Shown: piece after piece, positions 1-10,089 of the stretch
Layout: each line of letters opens with the position of its first letter
How positions within the stretch are numbered: the first letter of the stretch is position 1
Assembly (NCBI GenBank): GCA_029938185.1
Contig: JAOZVK010000001.1
Location: forward strand, 1 to 43,990
From: Bacteroidales bacterium
GTDB taxonomy: Bacteria > Bacteroidota > Bacteroidia > Bacteroidales > JAOZVK01
Direction of reading: 5' to 3'
Length of the DNA: 43,990 nucleotides
Made by a program: the position numbers and the translations under genes
Notes under the pieces: model-generated
Told to the model about the DNA's origin: nothing
Seen by the model: the letters and a program-made list of their open reading frames with translations, nothing else
Databases searched by the model: none

Positions 1-394
1 ATGACAAAATAATGACGCAAAATAGGGCAGTTATTTGATACCTGTTCCTTAATACTTTTACTAATAATAGTTAGTAATACAGCTAATGGACAAGAAGGTC
101 TTGATTCATTGTTTAAAGAAATAGATAAAGAAAGAGATAAGTGTAGAAAAAAACGGTCAAAAAAAATACCAAAAAAACACAAAATATCTTGATATTATTA
201 TAGATAATGATATTAATAAAATTTACAATTATACTAAAACAAGATTTCTTTATATAGATGGAATTTCTAAATTTAAATTCACTAAAGAACTAAATAAATT
301 GACTGATTTGGAACTATTAGTAATTTTGACTACTTATAAAGTAGCCACATTTAATTTTTTGAAAAATATAGTAATAAAACTTACATTTGCAACG

Positions 395-2060
395 ACCCAG
401 CATCAATGACCGATTTTTCACTGGTGCATAATAGCCCGTAAAGTAGCATGGTCTGAGTATGTTCTGAAAATATTATTGGTGAATTTTTGAGTTTATCCAG
501 CTTAATAAATATCCCGCATGTAAGAATATAAGAGCTTACATACATACTCACGTTGGGTCAATTTTTATTTAAAATTAAATTATCATGGCGAAAAAGCAAA
601 AAAAAAAGTAAGCAAGCAAGATTTTATTTCTATGCCAGTTGTTAATCCTCATGCGGCAGGAATTGATGTTGGCGGGAAATCTCATTTTGTATGTGTATCA
701 CCGAAAAATGTTAAAGAATTTGGAGCATTTACAGACGATTTACATTCTATTGCTAGACACTTAAAAATGCACAAAATACGAAGCGTAGCTTTAGAATCTA
801 CGAGTCCGTATTGGAAGCAATTATTTGTGTTATTGCAAGATTATGATTTTGAAGTAACCTTAGTAAATGCCCGTCATTTAAAAAATGTCAAGGATTTGGA
901 AACGAGAGTTTTCAACCAACAGATGTTCTTGACAGTAAATGGATACAGTTGATGCATAGTATTGGTATTTTATCAAACAGTTTTCAGCCTGATAGTTTTA
1001 CAGAAGAATTGAGAACTTATAGTCGTCAGCGTCAATATTTAGTAAGAAATTCTTCTCGTTATATTGCAAAAATGAAAAAAAGTTTAATTTTGATGAATAT
1101 CAGATTAGACAATGTATTGCGAGACATTACTGGAAAATCCGGACTTGCAGTAATTGAAGCGATTATTTCGGGCGAGAGGAATGCCGATTCATTGTCTTTA
1201 CTTTTTGATTCCCGTGTAAAAGCCAATAAAACGGACATCAAAAAAGCACTCACAGGGAACTGGAAAAAAGAGTATATCTTTGAATTGGATCAAAGCTACG
1301 AGTTCTATAATTTTTATTGGAAAAAAATACAAGAATGTGATGCGGAACTTGACTTTTTATTAGAAAATTATATGACAGACCAAGAAAAAAGAACATCAAA
1401 GTCTCGATTAGAATATTCAAAAAAAAAAAAGAAAAATCACAAAAATGAAACAGATGTAGATGTATTGGCTTATGCTTATCAAATGTCAGGAGGAGTTGAT
1501 TTAAGCGAGATACCTGGAGTTGGAACAGGACTGATTTTAAGTTTAACTTCTGAAATTGGGTTTAATCTAAAAAGCAGTTTTCCAACCTATAAGCATTTTT
1601 GTTCATGGCTTGGTTTTGCTCCTAATAATAAAATTTCGGGAGGAAAGACATTGAGTAGTAAAACCCCAAAGATTCATGGAAATATTAAAAAGGCATTTAT
1701 GGATGCAGCTAATGCTGCCGGAAATTCACAAACACCTTTGGGTGATTTTTTCAGGGGGATTGCCTATCGAAAAGGAAGACCCGTTGCTATTATTGCAACT
1801 GCAAGAAAAATAGCAATTGCCGTATTTGTAATGTTAGACAAAAAAGTTCCTTATCAATATTCGCACAGCCAGAAAAAGCAAGAAAAATTAAGGAAAAATC
1901 AATTAAAAAATTTAAAGAAAAAATTATCGAAACTCAAACTATCTGAAGCAGAACTCGCTGAAATGACAGCAAATTCTACAAGCTAAAGAATTTCAAAAAT
2001 ATTAAGTCGCATTAATTGCCATATTTTTGGCTTAATGGAAAAATTATGTTTAATTGTGAA
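395..2060 (+). mobile_element. IS110-family insertion sequence (boundaries approximate; no terminal inverted repeats identified)
   Basis: Contains the split IS110-type transposase at 632-1986 plus ~240 nt of relatively GC-rich non-coding leader with a hairpin (ATGTAAG..CTTACAT near 518-545). The element ends were not determined. Confidence 0.4.
632..1986 (+). pseudogene. IS110-family (DEDD) transposase split by a frameshift into ORFs 632-952 and 949-1986
   Basis: The N-terminal ORF has MPVVNPHAAGIDVGGKSHFVCV and ALESTS.. motifs (DEDD_Tnp_IS110-like). The expected continuation ..TDVLDSKWIQLMHSIGILSNSF is open in the other frame from 853 onward. The C-terminal ORF has a Transposase_20-like GVGTGLILSLTSEIG segment. 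The frame switch must lie between ~853 and 950, possibly at the A5 run at 881-885. Confidence 0.8.
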
Positions 2061-2102
2061 GGGCAGAGTTTTATGTAAGAAACAAACAGGTGTAAAGAGA
2101 TT

Positions 2103-2300
2103 GTGGATAATAATGAGACAAAAGACGATAAACTTGAATTAAAATATAACTCGTTAAAAGAGTTTTACAAAGAAACAGTCAAATTTATTAACGAACAAGA
2201 CGGAGGCACTATTCCAGACATTGATGAAGAGAAGTATTTAGAGTTTTTCTATATAAATGCTACAGATGAACAAAAATTGTCTGATATTATAATAGAATAA
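2103..2300 (+). CDS. hypothetical small acidic protein (GTG start)
   Basis: ORF only; no recognisable motif. Confidence 0.3.
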   Translation: MDNNETKDDKLELKYNSLKEFYKETVKFINEQDGGTIPDIDEEKYLEFFYINATDEQKLSDIIIE

Positions 2301-2550
2301 CAACCATGTCATTTACATGGTTATCAGTGGTTACCATTATAACTTTACAAAGTGTTGATTCTATACAATGACTTATATAATATAATTTTCATAATTTATT
2401 AAATACCTTTAGACATGATATATAGATGGGGTTTAAATGCAAATATTTTCCTAAAATGCCATAGACAATAATACCTTAGGTAGCATATGCTTCTCAGGTA
2501 AATAGATTATTATCTATGGCAATTGAAAAATTATCTCAATTTTATGTTAT

Positions 2551-2580
2551 GCATAAGCAATATTAAATGGGTAGAAGACC
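2551..2580 (-). repeat. GGTCTTCGACC-family dispersed element (head part)
   Basis: GCATAAGCAATATTAAATGGGTAGAAGACC ends directly against the stop codon (2581-2583) of the minus-strand gene. Confidence 0.6.
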
Positions 2581-4131
2581 TTATTTACTAATCAATTCAA
2601 AATCAGTTCGTCTATTTTGTTTTTTCCCTTTTTCAGTTTTATTATCGGCAATTGGTTTGTCAGGTCCATTTCCGACTATTACAAATCTATTTTTATCAAA
2701 ATCGTGAACTTCAATAAGATAATTTGCAACAGCAGTTGCACGCTTTTTTGATAACTCTTTATTAACGGCTTTACTTCCTACATTATCTGTATTTCCTTCT
2801 ATACGAATACGTGCATTTGCAAAAGATTTTGCAATATCAAGGAATTCATTATCAATTATATATTTCATATTCTCATCAAGTGTTGATGTACCCGAAGCAA
2901 ATGTTATTCTTACACGTTTTGTTGATATTGCTTCAGCATTAGTTACATCTTCGGTTATTTCACTAAACTTAACTGCTCCTTCAGCCTCATGCCCTGCACC
3001 TGTTAAGTTTATTGATGATATTATAGATGAGTTGCCTATAAGTCTCCAATTTTGGATTTTATCTTTGATATAATTTGCTTTTTTATATTTTATATTCATT
3101 TTGTTGTATATCTCTTCTCCTGTTATACCACTATAATCAGAGTTTAATCCATAAAAATTTAGGTTATCGCCATATGTACATAACCTTGTATTATTTATTG
3201 CACCTAAACAAAATTCTTCGCTTTGATTTAAACCTTTTGCTAAAATTTTTGCTGCTTTATTTTTATTTTCATCTGATGAGTTTATTTCAGAAGCTCCAAT
3301 TAACCACCCTTCAACAAGCCCTTTTATTTCTTTTCGATTTTTTTCAAGAAAATTTTTCTTAACAACAAAAACATCTGCAATTATATAAGAAGCTTCTTTT
3401 GTGCTTTGTAATATTTTTGAACCTTTTACTTTTTTTATACAATCGGCATCATCTGGACTCCATACAACAGCAGCATCTACTTGCCCTGTTTTAAACATAT
3501 CTGCTGCATCTATTGCACTTGCTACTTTTACAACTTCAATATCAGAATATTTCATATTAGAAGCATCAAGTAGCCATAATAGAAAAGTATGACTTGGAGT
3601 CATTTCTGCAAATGCTACTTTTAGTCCTTTCAAGTCGCTAACTTTATTAATACCTCTTCTTACAACAATTGCATCTCCACCTCTTGACCAATCAGATTGC
3701 ATAATAACTTGTGGTTCAAAATCTTTAAGTCCATTTACTTCAGTTGTAAAAGCATCAATTGTAGCCCATAGCAGGTCTACTTCATCTGCTTTCCATGCAC
3801 TTCTGGAGGCATTAAAATCATCTAGGACTTTAAATTCAACCATAAATCCATATTTTTTATAAAATCTTGATTGTTTATTTGCATTAAAGCCTTCATTAAA
3901 AAACTGTCCTCCAGCATAACCTCCCCATGTTACCACTCCTATTTTAATTACTTTATCGCCCTTACTTACATTATTGTCTTCTTCTTCTGAATTGTTATCG
4001 GTTGTATTATTTATACTACCATCTGGTATAATATATTTTTTTAATGGTGTATAATACACTAATGCAGCAATGCCTCCAACAACTAATACAACAATTAGAA
4101 GTTTCGAAAATGGTGTTAATTTGTTTTTCAT
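2581..4131 (-). CDS. membrane-anchored fusion of a periplasmic substrate-binding domain (NMT1/TauA/SsuA-like) and an OmpA C-terminal peptidoglycan-binding domain
   Basis: There is an N-terminal TM helix (LLIVVLVVGGIAALVYY). The central region resembles a nitrate/sulfonate-type binding protein (IKIGVVTWGGYAGG.., VDAAVVWSPD). The C-terminus is OmpA-like (IRIEGNTDNVGS...NKELSKKRATAVANYLI...RRTDFELI). Confidence 0.8.
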   Translation of the reverse strand: MKNKLTPFSKLLIVVLVVGGIAALVYYTPLKKYIIPDGSINNTTDNNSEEEDNNVSKGDKVIKIGVVTWGGYAGGQFFNEGFNANKQSRFYKKYGFMVEFKVLDDFNASRSAWKADEVDLLWATIDAFTTEVNGLKDFEPQVIMQSDWSRGGDAIVVRRGINKVSDLKGLKVAFAEMTPSHTFLLWLLDASNMKYSDIEVVKVASAIDAADMFKTGQVDAAVVWSPDDADCIKKVKGSKILQSTKEASYIIADVFVVKKNFLEKNRKEIKGLVEGWLIGASEINSSDENKNKAAKILAKGLNQSEEFCLGAINNTRLCTYGDNLNFYGLNSDYSGITGEEIYNKMNIKYKKANYIKDKIQNWRLIGNSSIISSINLTGAGHEAEGAVKFSEITEDVTNAEAISTKRVRITFASGTSTLDENMKYIIDNEFLDIAKSFANARIRIEGNTDNVGSKAVNKELSKKRATAVANYLIEVHDFDKNRFVIVGNGPDKPIADNKTEKGKKQNRRTDFELISK

Positions 4132-4149
4132 ATGATTTATATTTTTTAT

Positions 4150-4181
4150 GGCTCTTTGAGCCTTTTTATGTTACTTACGCC
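4150..4181 (+). repeat. variant of the GGTCTTCGACC-family element (GGCTCTTTGAGCC TTTTTATGTTACTTACGCC)
   Basis: Same head architecture (short GC hairpin followed by ..TTACTTACGC) as the other copies. Confidence 0.5.
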
Positions 4182-4240
4182 TTAATATACTTAGTTTATA
4201 AACAATTACTTATTTTAATATAATACAAAAATTTAATTTT

Positions 4241-5248
4241 TTAATCAAAAAGATTAGAGTAGTCACTAATATTACCAATATCCTTAGGTACATCTTTAGT
4301 AATATTTTCTTCTTTTTTCAAATCTTTAACTTCAGGTTTTTCGCCAAGAAGGAATGACATTCCTTCACTTTCCATTTTTTCAAGTAAAGCTAAACCTTCT
4401 TGCTCATATACACCATTCTGAAGGTCTACACTATCAATAAAACTGCCCGAAATTTCGATAAACCTTTCCATTTCGCCAATTTTATTGTGAACGTCTTCTA
4501 CAATAGCTTCTGTTGCTAAATCGAATATTTGCTTTTTATCAGGATCTCCACTAATTATATTCATAGCTCTTTTCATAGCTGTATGACCTGCTTTAATAGC
4601 TTTTGCTTCTTGTTTACGCATTCTTACTTCGTTTTCAGTATCTTTAATAAGATAACCCGAGTTTGTATGTATTTTTGACAAGACTCTGTACAAAAGTTCC
4701 ATCTTGTTAAGCAATGCTCTGTATCTTGTATTTGAATCTTTTAGTCTACCATATTGGCGTGTATTTATTGCTACAAGTTCCATATTACCTTTTTTCTTTG
4801 CTTGCTCAGCCATTTTAAGATTTTGTTCCATCTCCTTTTTGTTCTGAGCAATTATTCTGTTCAGCTTCGAAACCTGACCTTTAAGTTTAGCAATATGAGT
4901 ATTCATTTCTTTTAAATTCTTATATAAATAATCAATATAAGATTCTAAAATTTTTATAGGATTAATTTGTACAAAAACTCCTGTAACCCATCTCATTACA
5001 CTTTTGTACATATACCAAATCAGATTACGGAATTTTGGGTCAAGCAATACATAAACCATCACAGCCAATACTGCAAATAATGCAATTGTAGTAATCAGAC
5101 TTGTTAGCAATGATTGTATAAAAGCGAAAATCGCTACATGATAAATTAATAGAACAACTACAATACCTATTAAAAAGATGATACCGGTTGCTCCTTCTGG
5201 TCGCTTCCAAAATGATTTTATTTTTTGTTTTATTTCTCCGTTAAGCAT
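4241..5248 (-). CDS. membrane-anchored coiled-coil protein, PspA/IM30 (ESCRT-III-like) type
   Basis: Two or three N-terminal TM helices are followed by long heptad-like helices (NPIKILESYIDYLYKNLKEMNTHIAKLKGQVSKL..MAEQAKKKGNMELV..). This matches PspA/Vipp1 architecture. The assignment is by pattern only. Confidence 0.5.
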   Translation of the reverse strand: MLNGEIKQKIKSFWKRPEGATGIIFLIGIVVVLLIYHVAIFAFIQSLLTSLITTIALFAVLAVMVYVLLDPKFRNLIWYMYKSVMRWVTGVFVQINPIKILESYIDYLYKNLKEMNTHIAKLKGQVSKLNRIIAQNKKEMEQNLKMAEQAKKKGNMELVAINTRQYGRLKDSNTRYRALLNKMELLYRVLSKIHTNSGYLIKDTENEVRMRKQEAKAIKAGHTAMKRAMNIISGDPDKKQIFDLATEAIVEDVHNKIGEMERFIEISGSFIDSVDLQNGVYEQEGLALLEKMESEGMSFLLGEKPEVKDLKKEENITKDVPKDIGNISDYSNLFD

Positions 5249-5380
5249 AATTTTATTTTTATGTTAGGTTACTAAACTTTAAATGGTACAATTATTTAAT
5301 GATACAATGGTACAAAACTTTGATTAATAATTGATAACCATTTGTTAATGTTAAAACTACATCAGTTTAGAGTATATATA

Positions 5381-5483
5381 TAAGTATTCTTACAAAAGTT
5401 TTTCGACATTTACCTATTCATAATTTACTGATTAATTTGCATTTGTACTAATGCGTAAGCAACTATAAATTAGGTCGAAGACC
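5381..5483 (-). repeat. GGTCTTCGACC-family dispersed element, full-length copy
   Basis: The reverse complement reads GGTCTTCGACCTAATTTATAGTTGCTTACGCATTAGTACAAATGC...GTCGAAAAACTTTTGTAAG. It is about 90 percent identical by eye to the copy at 37415-37522. Its first G completes the TAG stop of the gene ending at 5483. Confidence 0.8.
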
Positions 5484-6190
5484 TAAGGGATTGATTTAAG
5501 TTTTTCTATTTTAGATACTATTTGATTGGCAACAACCATAAAAGTAGTTTTAAAACTACTTTCAGTTTTGCTTATTTTAGACATTGAAGTATTTATATCG
5601 TTTTTAATATTCTGTATTTCTTGTTTACTTTCATTAATTTCGTGAGTAAGTTGTGCTATTTTATTAGCTTTATCTTTTATTTGTTTTTCAATATTTTCAA
5701 TTGATTTTTTCTTTTTATTTACTTGTCCGTCAGTTTGTTTTTTTAGAGCTTCATTAAACTTATCTTTTTCATTAGTAAGTATTTTTAAATAATAGTCCGC
5801 TGTTTCTATTACTTTTTCTTTTGTTAGACCTTTTGTTGATAAGGTTGCCAAAACTGTTTGCATTTTTATAGTTTCTTCCAATGGAATATTTTTCATAGCT
5901 TGGAGAGCTTCAATAAATTCCAAATAATCATCGCCAGGTAAATTTGCATCATAAATAGCTTTTGTCAGAGAATCAAATATTTTTTGATTAAACTCACCTT
6001 TGCTATTTTCTACTTTCGGCTTATTAATTTTTGTTGTTTTCTGCGAATATTGAGTTGTTGTTTTTTTAAGCTCAGGTTTTTTTGGTTCAACTTTGTCTTT
6101 TACTACTTCTTCATTTTTTTTAGTAATTTCTTCAACTTCCTCATCTGAAACGAAAAAGATACTTTTTAATTTATTTAAATCTATTGCCAT
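5483..6190 (-). CDS. hypothetical lysine/glutamate-rich coiled-coil protein
   Basis: Long ORF on the same strand as its neighbours. It has a coiled-coil C-terminus (KQIKDKANKIAQLTHEINESKQEIQNIKNDIN) and no catalytic motif. Confidence 0.55.
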   Translation of the reverse strand: MAIDLNKLKSIFFVSDEEVEEITKKNEEVVKDKVEPKKPELKKTTTQYSQKTTKINKPKVENSKGEFNQKIFDSLTKAIYDANLPGDDYLEFIEALQAMKNIPLEETIKMQTVLATLSTKGLTKEKVIETADYYLKILTNEKDKFNEALKKQTDGQVNKKKKSIENIEKQIKDKANKIAQLTHEINESKQEIQNIKNDINTSMSKISKTESSFKTTFMVVANQIVSKIEKLKSIP

Positions 6191-6493
6191 AATTTTAGTA
6201 TTATTTATATATGCAAATATATAAATGATTTTTATTTATTACCAATTGGTTTATATTAATTTTATAAAAAATTATTTTTGTTTATAATGAATTAGCTTAG
6301 GAAATGACGAATTATAAGGCAAAGCGGTCAGACCGGTGTACTTTTGTCCAACTTTAAACGGGTAGCCTAAACTATGCAATGTATTTTATTGCTTTTTCCC
6401 TTTCATGGCGTTCTTGCTTACGAATGCATTTATACATAGGGCGTTGCCCCATGTTAATGCTTATGCCCATTTAGGGCAAAAAAAACTTGAGAA

Positions 6494-6517
6494 ATAAAAA
6501 AAGGCTCTTCGAGCCTC
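6494..6517 (-). terminator. probable intrinsic terminator after the ftsK-lolA unit
   Basis: The minus strand reads AGGCTCGAAGAGCCT followed by TTTTTTT immediately after the stop at 6523. Confidence 0.55.
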
Positions 6518-6522
6518 CAAAT

Positions 6523-7164
6523 TTACTCGTCTCTCATATCATATACTTCAACATTTTTATATTTATTTTTATCAAAAACAAACATTGATTCTTTAATTTT
6601 AACATTTGGTTTAAATTGAGTTATTTCAATTATATAATCAACTTCTTCTTTTCCAATAGTTTTTATAGTTCTTATTTGTTTATTTTTTTTATCAACAGCA
6701 AGTTTTATAATCGAATATTTTTTAGTTTTAGGTTTTTCTGGAAATAAATTAATAATAGCATAGCCTTTTGCTTCACCTACATATTTATATTTAAATCCTT
6801 TTTCGTATATTGTTAATACTTTTGATGGACTTAATACTGTTTCGTCGTCTTGATCGGGTTCTGTAATATTGATTTCATTTTCTTTTATTAAATGTGTCCA
6901 AACAGTTTTGCCATTTGAAAATATCTCATTTCCCATAAAAAATAATTTGTATTTATTATCTTTTATATAAATTATTCCTTTTGACGTATCTACAGTATTT
7001 TGAATTTTATTATGTAGCATGTAAAGAAATTTTACTTTTATTGCTGCATATGATTTTGTTTTAGCAGAAACTTCATCTAAAATTTTTTTTGCTTTAGGAT
7101 CTCTTTGGGCAAAAACATTGTTTGTTATTGCAAAAATTAATATTATCAAAAATATTCTTTTCAT
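6523..7164 (-). CDS. lolA: LolA-like outer-membrane lipoprotein carrier protein (start moved to the MKRIFLIIL.. codon)
   Basis: Signal peptide MKRIFLIILIFAITNNVFAQ. The body follows the Bacteroidota LolA-like pattern (KAKKILDEVSAKTKSY.., ..VEVYDMRD) and sits directly downstream of ftsK. The ORF extension 7165-7335 is repeat DNA. Confidence 0.75.
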   Translation of the reverse strand: MKRIFLIILIFAITNNVFAQRDPKAKKILDEVSAKTKSYAAIKVKFLYMLHNKIQNTVDTSKGIIYIKDNKYKLFFMGNEIFSNGKTVWTHLIKENEINITEPDQDDETVLSPSKVLTIYEKGFKYKYVGEAKGYAIINLFPEKPKTKKYSIIKLAVDKKNKQIRTIKTIGKEEVDYIIEITQFKPNVKIKESMFVFDKNKYKNVEVYDMRDE

Positions 7165-7222
7165 TTTTTTATAGTTTTTAAATTTGGTATATAAATTAAA
7201 AAGGTCTTTGACCTGGTTTATT

Positions 7223-7348
7223 GGGCTACATGTAAGAAGTTGGACAGTCTTGTTTATCAGGTGTTTCGTAACATGGTAAAAATCAATCCTGTTAATCCTG
7301 TAAATCCTGTCAAAAAATAAAATAATGTCCAACACTATACGTGTAGCC
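7223..7348. repeat. MITE-like element with terminal inverted repeats GGCTACAYGT..GTTGGACA
   Basis: GGGCTACATGTAAGAAGTTGGACA ... TGTCCAACACTATACGTGTAGCC. The core CAATCCTGTTAATCCTGTAAATCCTGTCAAAAAA is nearly identical to the copy at 31407-31533. Confidence 0.8.
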
Positions 7349-7350
7349 GT

Positions 7351-9849
7351 TTATTGTAAAGAGTTTAGATATTGTTCAATTGAATACTCATCAGTATATA
7401 ATACTTGACGTGCTTTACTTCCTTCAAAAGGACCAACTATTCCAGCTGCTTCGAGTTGATCAATTATTCTACCCGCTCTATTATACCCTATTGATAGTTT
7501 TCGTTGAATCATTGAGGTAGAGCCTTGTTGGTGTACAACAATTAATCTTGCAGCATCTTCAAACAGTTCGTCACGTTTTGATAAATCCACAGCTGTTGGG
7601 TCATCAGAATCGCCTGTTTCGTAATCTGGCAATAATAATGCCGAAGGATAAGATTGTTGTTCTCCAATAAATTTTGTTATTTTATCTAATTCAGGTGTAT
7701 CAATAAATGCACATTGTAATCTGATTAAATCACTGCCCTGTGTTATTAACATATCTCCTCTACCAATCAATTGGTTTGCACCTGGACTATCCAGTATTGT
7801 TCTTGAGTCAATCATTGATGCTACTTTAAATGCAATTCTTGTTGGGAAGTTTGCTTTTATAACTCCGGTTATAATGTTGGTTGAAGGTCTTTGTGTTGCT
7901 ACAATCAGGTGTATACCAATAGCTCTTGCAAGTTGAGCAAGTCTTGCAATTGGTAGTTCAACTTCTTTACCTGCTGTCATTATCAAATCTGCAAATTCAT
8001 CAATTACTAAAACAATATAAGGTAGGTATTTGTGCCCTTTTGTAGGATTAAGTTTTCTTGAAATAAATTTTTTATTATATTCTTTAATATTTCTTACATG
8101 AGCATCTTTCAGTAAAGAATATCTATTATCCATCTCAATATTAAGAGATGCCAATGTGTGAACAACTTTTTGATTTTCGGTAATAATTGCCTCTTCAGCA
8201 TCTGGTAATTTTGCTAAATAATGTTTTTCAATTGTCTCATATAAAGTTAGTTCTACTTTTTTGGGGTCAACCAATACAAGTTTAACCTGCGCAGGGTGTT
8301 TTTTGTATAATATTGATGCTAATATTGCATTTAGACCTACTGATTTTCCTTGTCCGGTTGCTCCAGCAACCAATAGGTGAGGCATTTTAGTTAAGTCGGC
8401 AACATACGATTCGTTAGAAATTGTTTTCCCGATAGCAATAGGAATTTCCATTTTTGAGTTTTGAAAACTTGCTGATTTTATAACAGAATGCATCGAAACA
8501 ATTTCGGGTTTTTGATTTGGTACTTCTATTCCTATTGTTCCCCGTCCGGGCATTGGAGCTATAATCCTGATTCCTAATGCAGCCAAGCTAAGAGCAATAT
8601 CATCTTCAAGATTTTTTATTTTAGAAATTCTTACACCAGGTGCTGGAATAATTTCATAAAGAGTAATCGTGGGACCAATAGTAGCTTTTATTTTGGTTAT
8701 TTCAATTTTGTAGTTTTTTAATGTATCTACAATTTTATTTTTATTGCTTATTAGCTCTTCATTAGTTACTTCGGAACTACCAGTTGAGTGATTTTCTAAT
8801 AAATCAATTGGTGGAAATTTATAATTTGATAAATCTAAAGTAGGGTCGTAGTCTTCTAATTGAACTTCTTGATTATCAACTAATATATCTTTATTTTTTT
8901 CAACCTCAAGGGCTAAGTTTCCTGATAGTTTTTCTTCTAACTTTTCTGATGCTACATGAACATCTTTTGTGTTTTCGACTTCAAAACCAAGGTCTGGTTT
9001 TAATACTTCTTCTCCATTATCATGTAATTTATATTCTTTTTTATCAACTTTCTCTAATGGTGCATTGGTGTCCAAATCAATAGGCATTCCTGTTTCTATT
9101 ATAATATCTTCTTCTTTTATTTTTTCTAATTCATCATTTTCATCTTGTTTCTTTATGGCTACTTTTGAGTTGGCAGCATCTATTGCTGGTTTTATTTTTT
9201 TTCTTTCAGTAATATTTTTAACAAATATTTTCACCCAGTATAATGAGTTTTCAAAAGTGAAAATAATAAAGCCAAATAATAATATGATAAGTAAAAAAAC
9301 TGTTCCTGTTTTTCCTACAATAGCGTTTAACCAGTAGTTTACATAATATCCGTATGCTCCTCCCAGTATTAAGTAATTGCTGCTTGATAAAAACGATAGA
9401 GCTATTGAAAACCAAATCATTCCAAACAATGAATATTTTACTGAATTTTCGAAATGTAATAATTTTATATTTATTAGTTTGAAACTTAATAGTACCAATA
9501 TAAAAATAAAAGCAAAAGAAGACACTCCAAACCACTTATATATAAGACTATTTGCTAAAACAGCTCCAATATTTCCTGCCCAGTTATCGGCAATAACATT
9601 GCTGTGAACATACCATGCATCATTTTGTCCCATATTACTTTGGTCAACTTTCCAAGTAAATATATACGAAATGAATGCTAATGTTAAGTAAGCAGCAAAA
9701 AATAGAATAAATACACTTAAAACAAATTTAAATCTTTCATCTTTTATTAAGTTATTTATTTTCTTATTTAATGGTATTGCCTTCTTTTTTCTTCCAGGTT
9801 TTCTTTTTTGGGTCTGTTTTTTTTTAGTTTGTTTTGGCTTTTCTGTCAT
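7351..9849 (-). CDS. ftsK: DNA translocase FtsK/SpoIIIE
   Basis: N-terminal polytopic membrane domain, Walker A VAGATGQGKS, Walker B LVIDEFADL, and a C-terminal gamma winged-helix (STSMIQRKLSIGYNRAGRIIDQLE). Confidence 0.95.
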   Translation of the reverse strand: MTEKPKQTKKKQTQKRKPGRKKKAIPLNKKINNLIKDERFKFVLSVFILFFAAYLTLAFISYIFTWKVDQSNMGQNDAWYVHSNVIADNWAGNIGAVLANSLIYKWFGVSSFAFIFILVLLSFKLINIKLLHFENSVKYSLFGMIWFSIALSFLSSSNYLILGGAYGYYVNYWLNAIVGKTGTVFLLIILLFGFIIFTFENSLYWVKIFVKNITERKKIKPAIDAANSKVAIKKQDENDELEKIKEEDIIIETGMPIDLDTNAPLEKVDKKEYKLHDNGEEVLKPDLGFEVENTKDVHVASEKLEEKLSGNLALEVEKNKDILVDNQEVQLEDYDPTLDLSNYKFPPIDLLENHSTGSSEVTNEELISNKNKIVDTLKNYKIEITKIKATIGPTITLYEIIPAPGVRISKIKNLEDDIALSLAALGIRIIAPMPGRGTIGIEVPNQKPEIVSMHSVIKSASFQNSKMEIPIAIGKTISNESYVADLTKMPHLLVAGATGQGKSVGLNAILASILYKKHPAQVKLVLVDPKKVELTLYETIEKHYLAKLPDAEEAIITENQKVVHTLASLNIEMDNRYSLLKDAHVRNIKEYNKKFISRKLNPTKGHKYLPYIVLVIDEFADLIMTAGKEVELPIARLAQLARAIGIHLIVATQRPSTNIITGVIKANFPTRIAFKVASMIDSRTILDSPGANQLIGRGDMLITQGSDLIRLQCAFIDTPELDKITKFIGEQQSYPSALLLPDYETGDSDDPTAVDLSKRDELFEDAARLIVVHQQGSTSMIQRKLSIGYNRAGRIIDQLEAAGIVGPFEGSKARQVLYTDEYSIEQYLNSLQ

Positions 9850-10089
9850 TTGTGATTATTTGTTTAAATTTTTTGACAAAAGTAATAATTAGAGATTAAA
9901 ATAAAAATTTGTACACAGCACCTTTTTACACTTCTTTTTTTAAATTAACACAATTATAACTGATTTTGAATTGATTAAATGTATTATAATAAATTTGTAT
10001 GTAAAATAAACTTTTAAAAACAATAAATTTTTTAGAACAATTATAGAAACTTCAGTTTCAGTCTTTGTCTGAAAATTCAAAAAAAAACT

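Noticed and set aside
1-394. A possible gene remnant upstream of the IS110 element (open frame ~125-408 reading ..ISKFKFTKELNKLTDLELLVIL..).
   Set aside because: It has no start codon, no recognisable motif and very AT-rich composition, so it cannot be supported as coding.
2102-2110. A perfect DnaA-box-like 9-mer, TGTGGATAA.
   Set aside because: It is a single isolated occurrence at the start of a small ORF, with no neighbouring boxes or dnaA/dnaN context.
3075-3592. Plus-strand ORFs 3075-3362 and 3401-3592.
   Set aside because: They are antisense to the well-supported binding-protein/OmpA gene.
6300-6480. A relatively GC-rich non-coding island checked for a tRNA or small RNA gene.
   Set aside because: No cloverleaf-compatible stems or conserved T-loop/anticodon features were found. 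It contains a solo end of the MITE-like family (..TTGTCCAACTTTAAACGGGTAGCC), so it is best explained as repeat debris.
7165-7335. The 5' part of ORF 6523-7335 (first 57 codons).
   Set aside because: It is MITE-like repeat DNA. A canonical signal peptide begins at the internal ATG (7164).
8969-9607. ORFs 8969-9337 (+), 9251-9535 (-, out of frame) and 9377-9607 (+) within ftsK.
   Set aside because: They overlap the FtsK frame and have no independent support.
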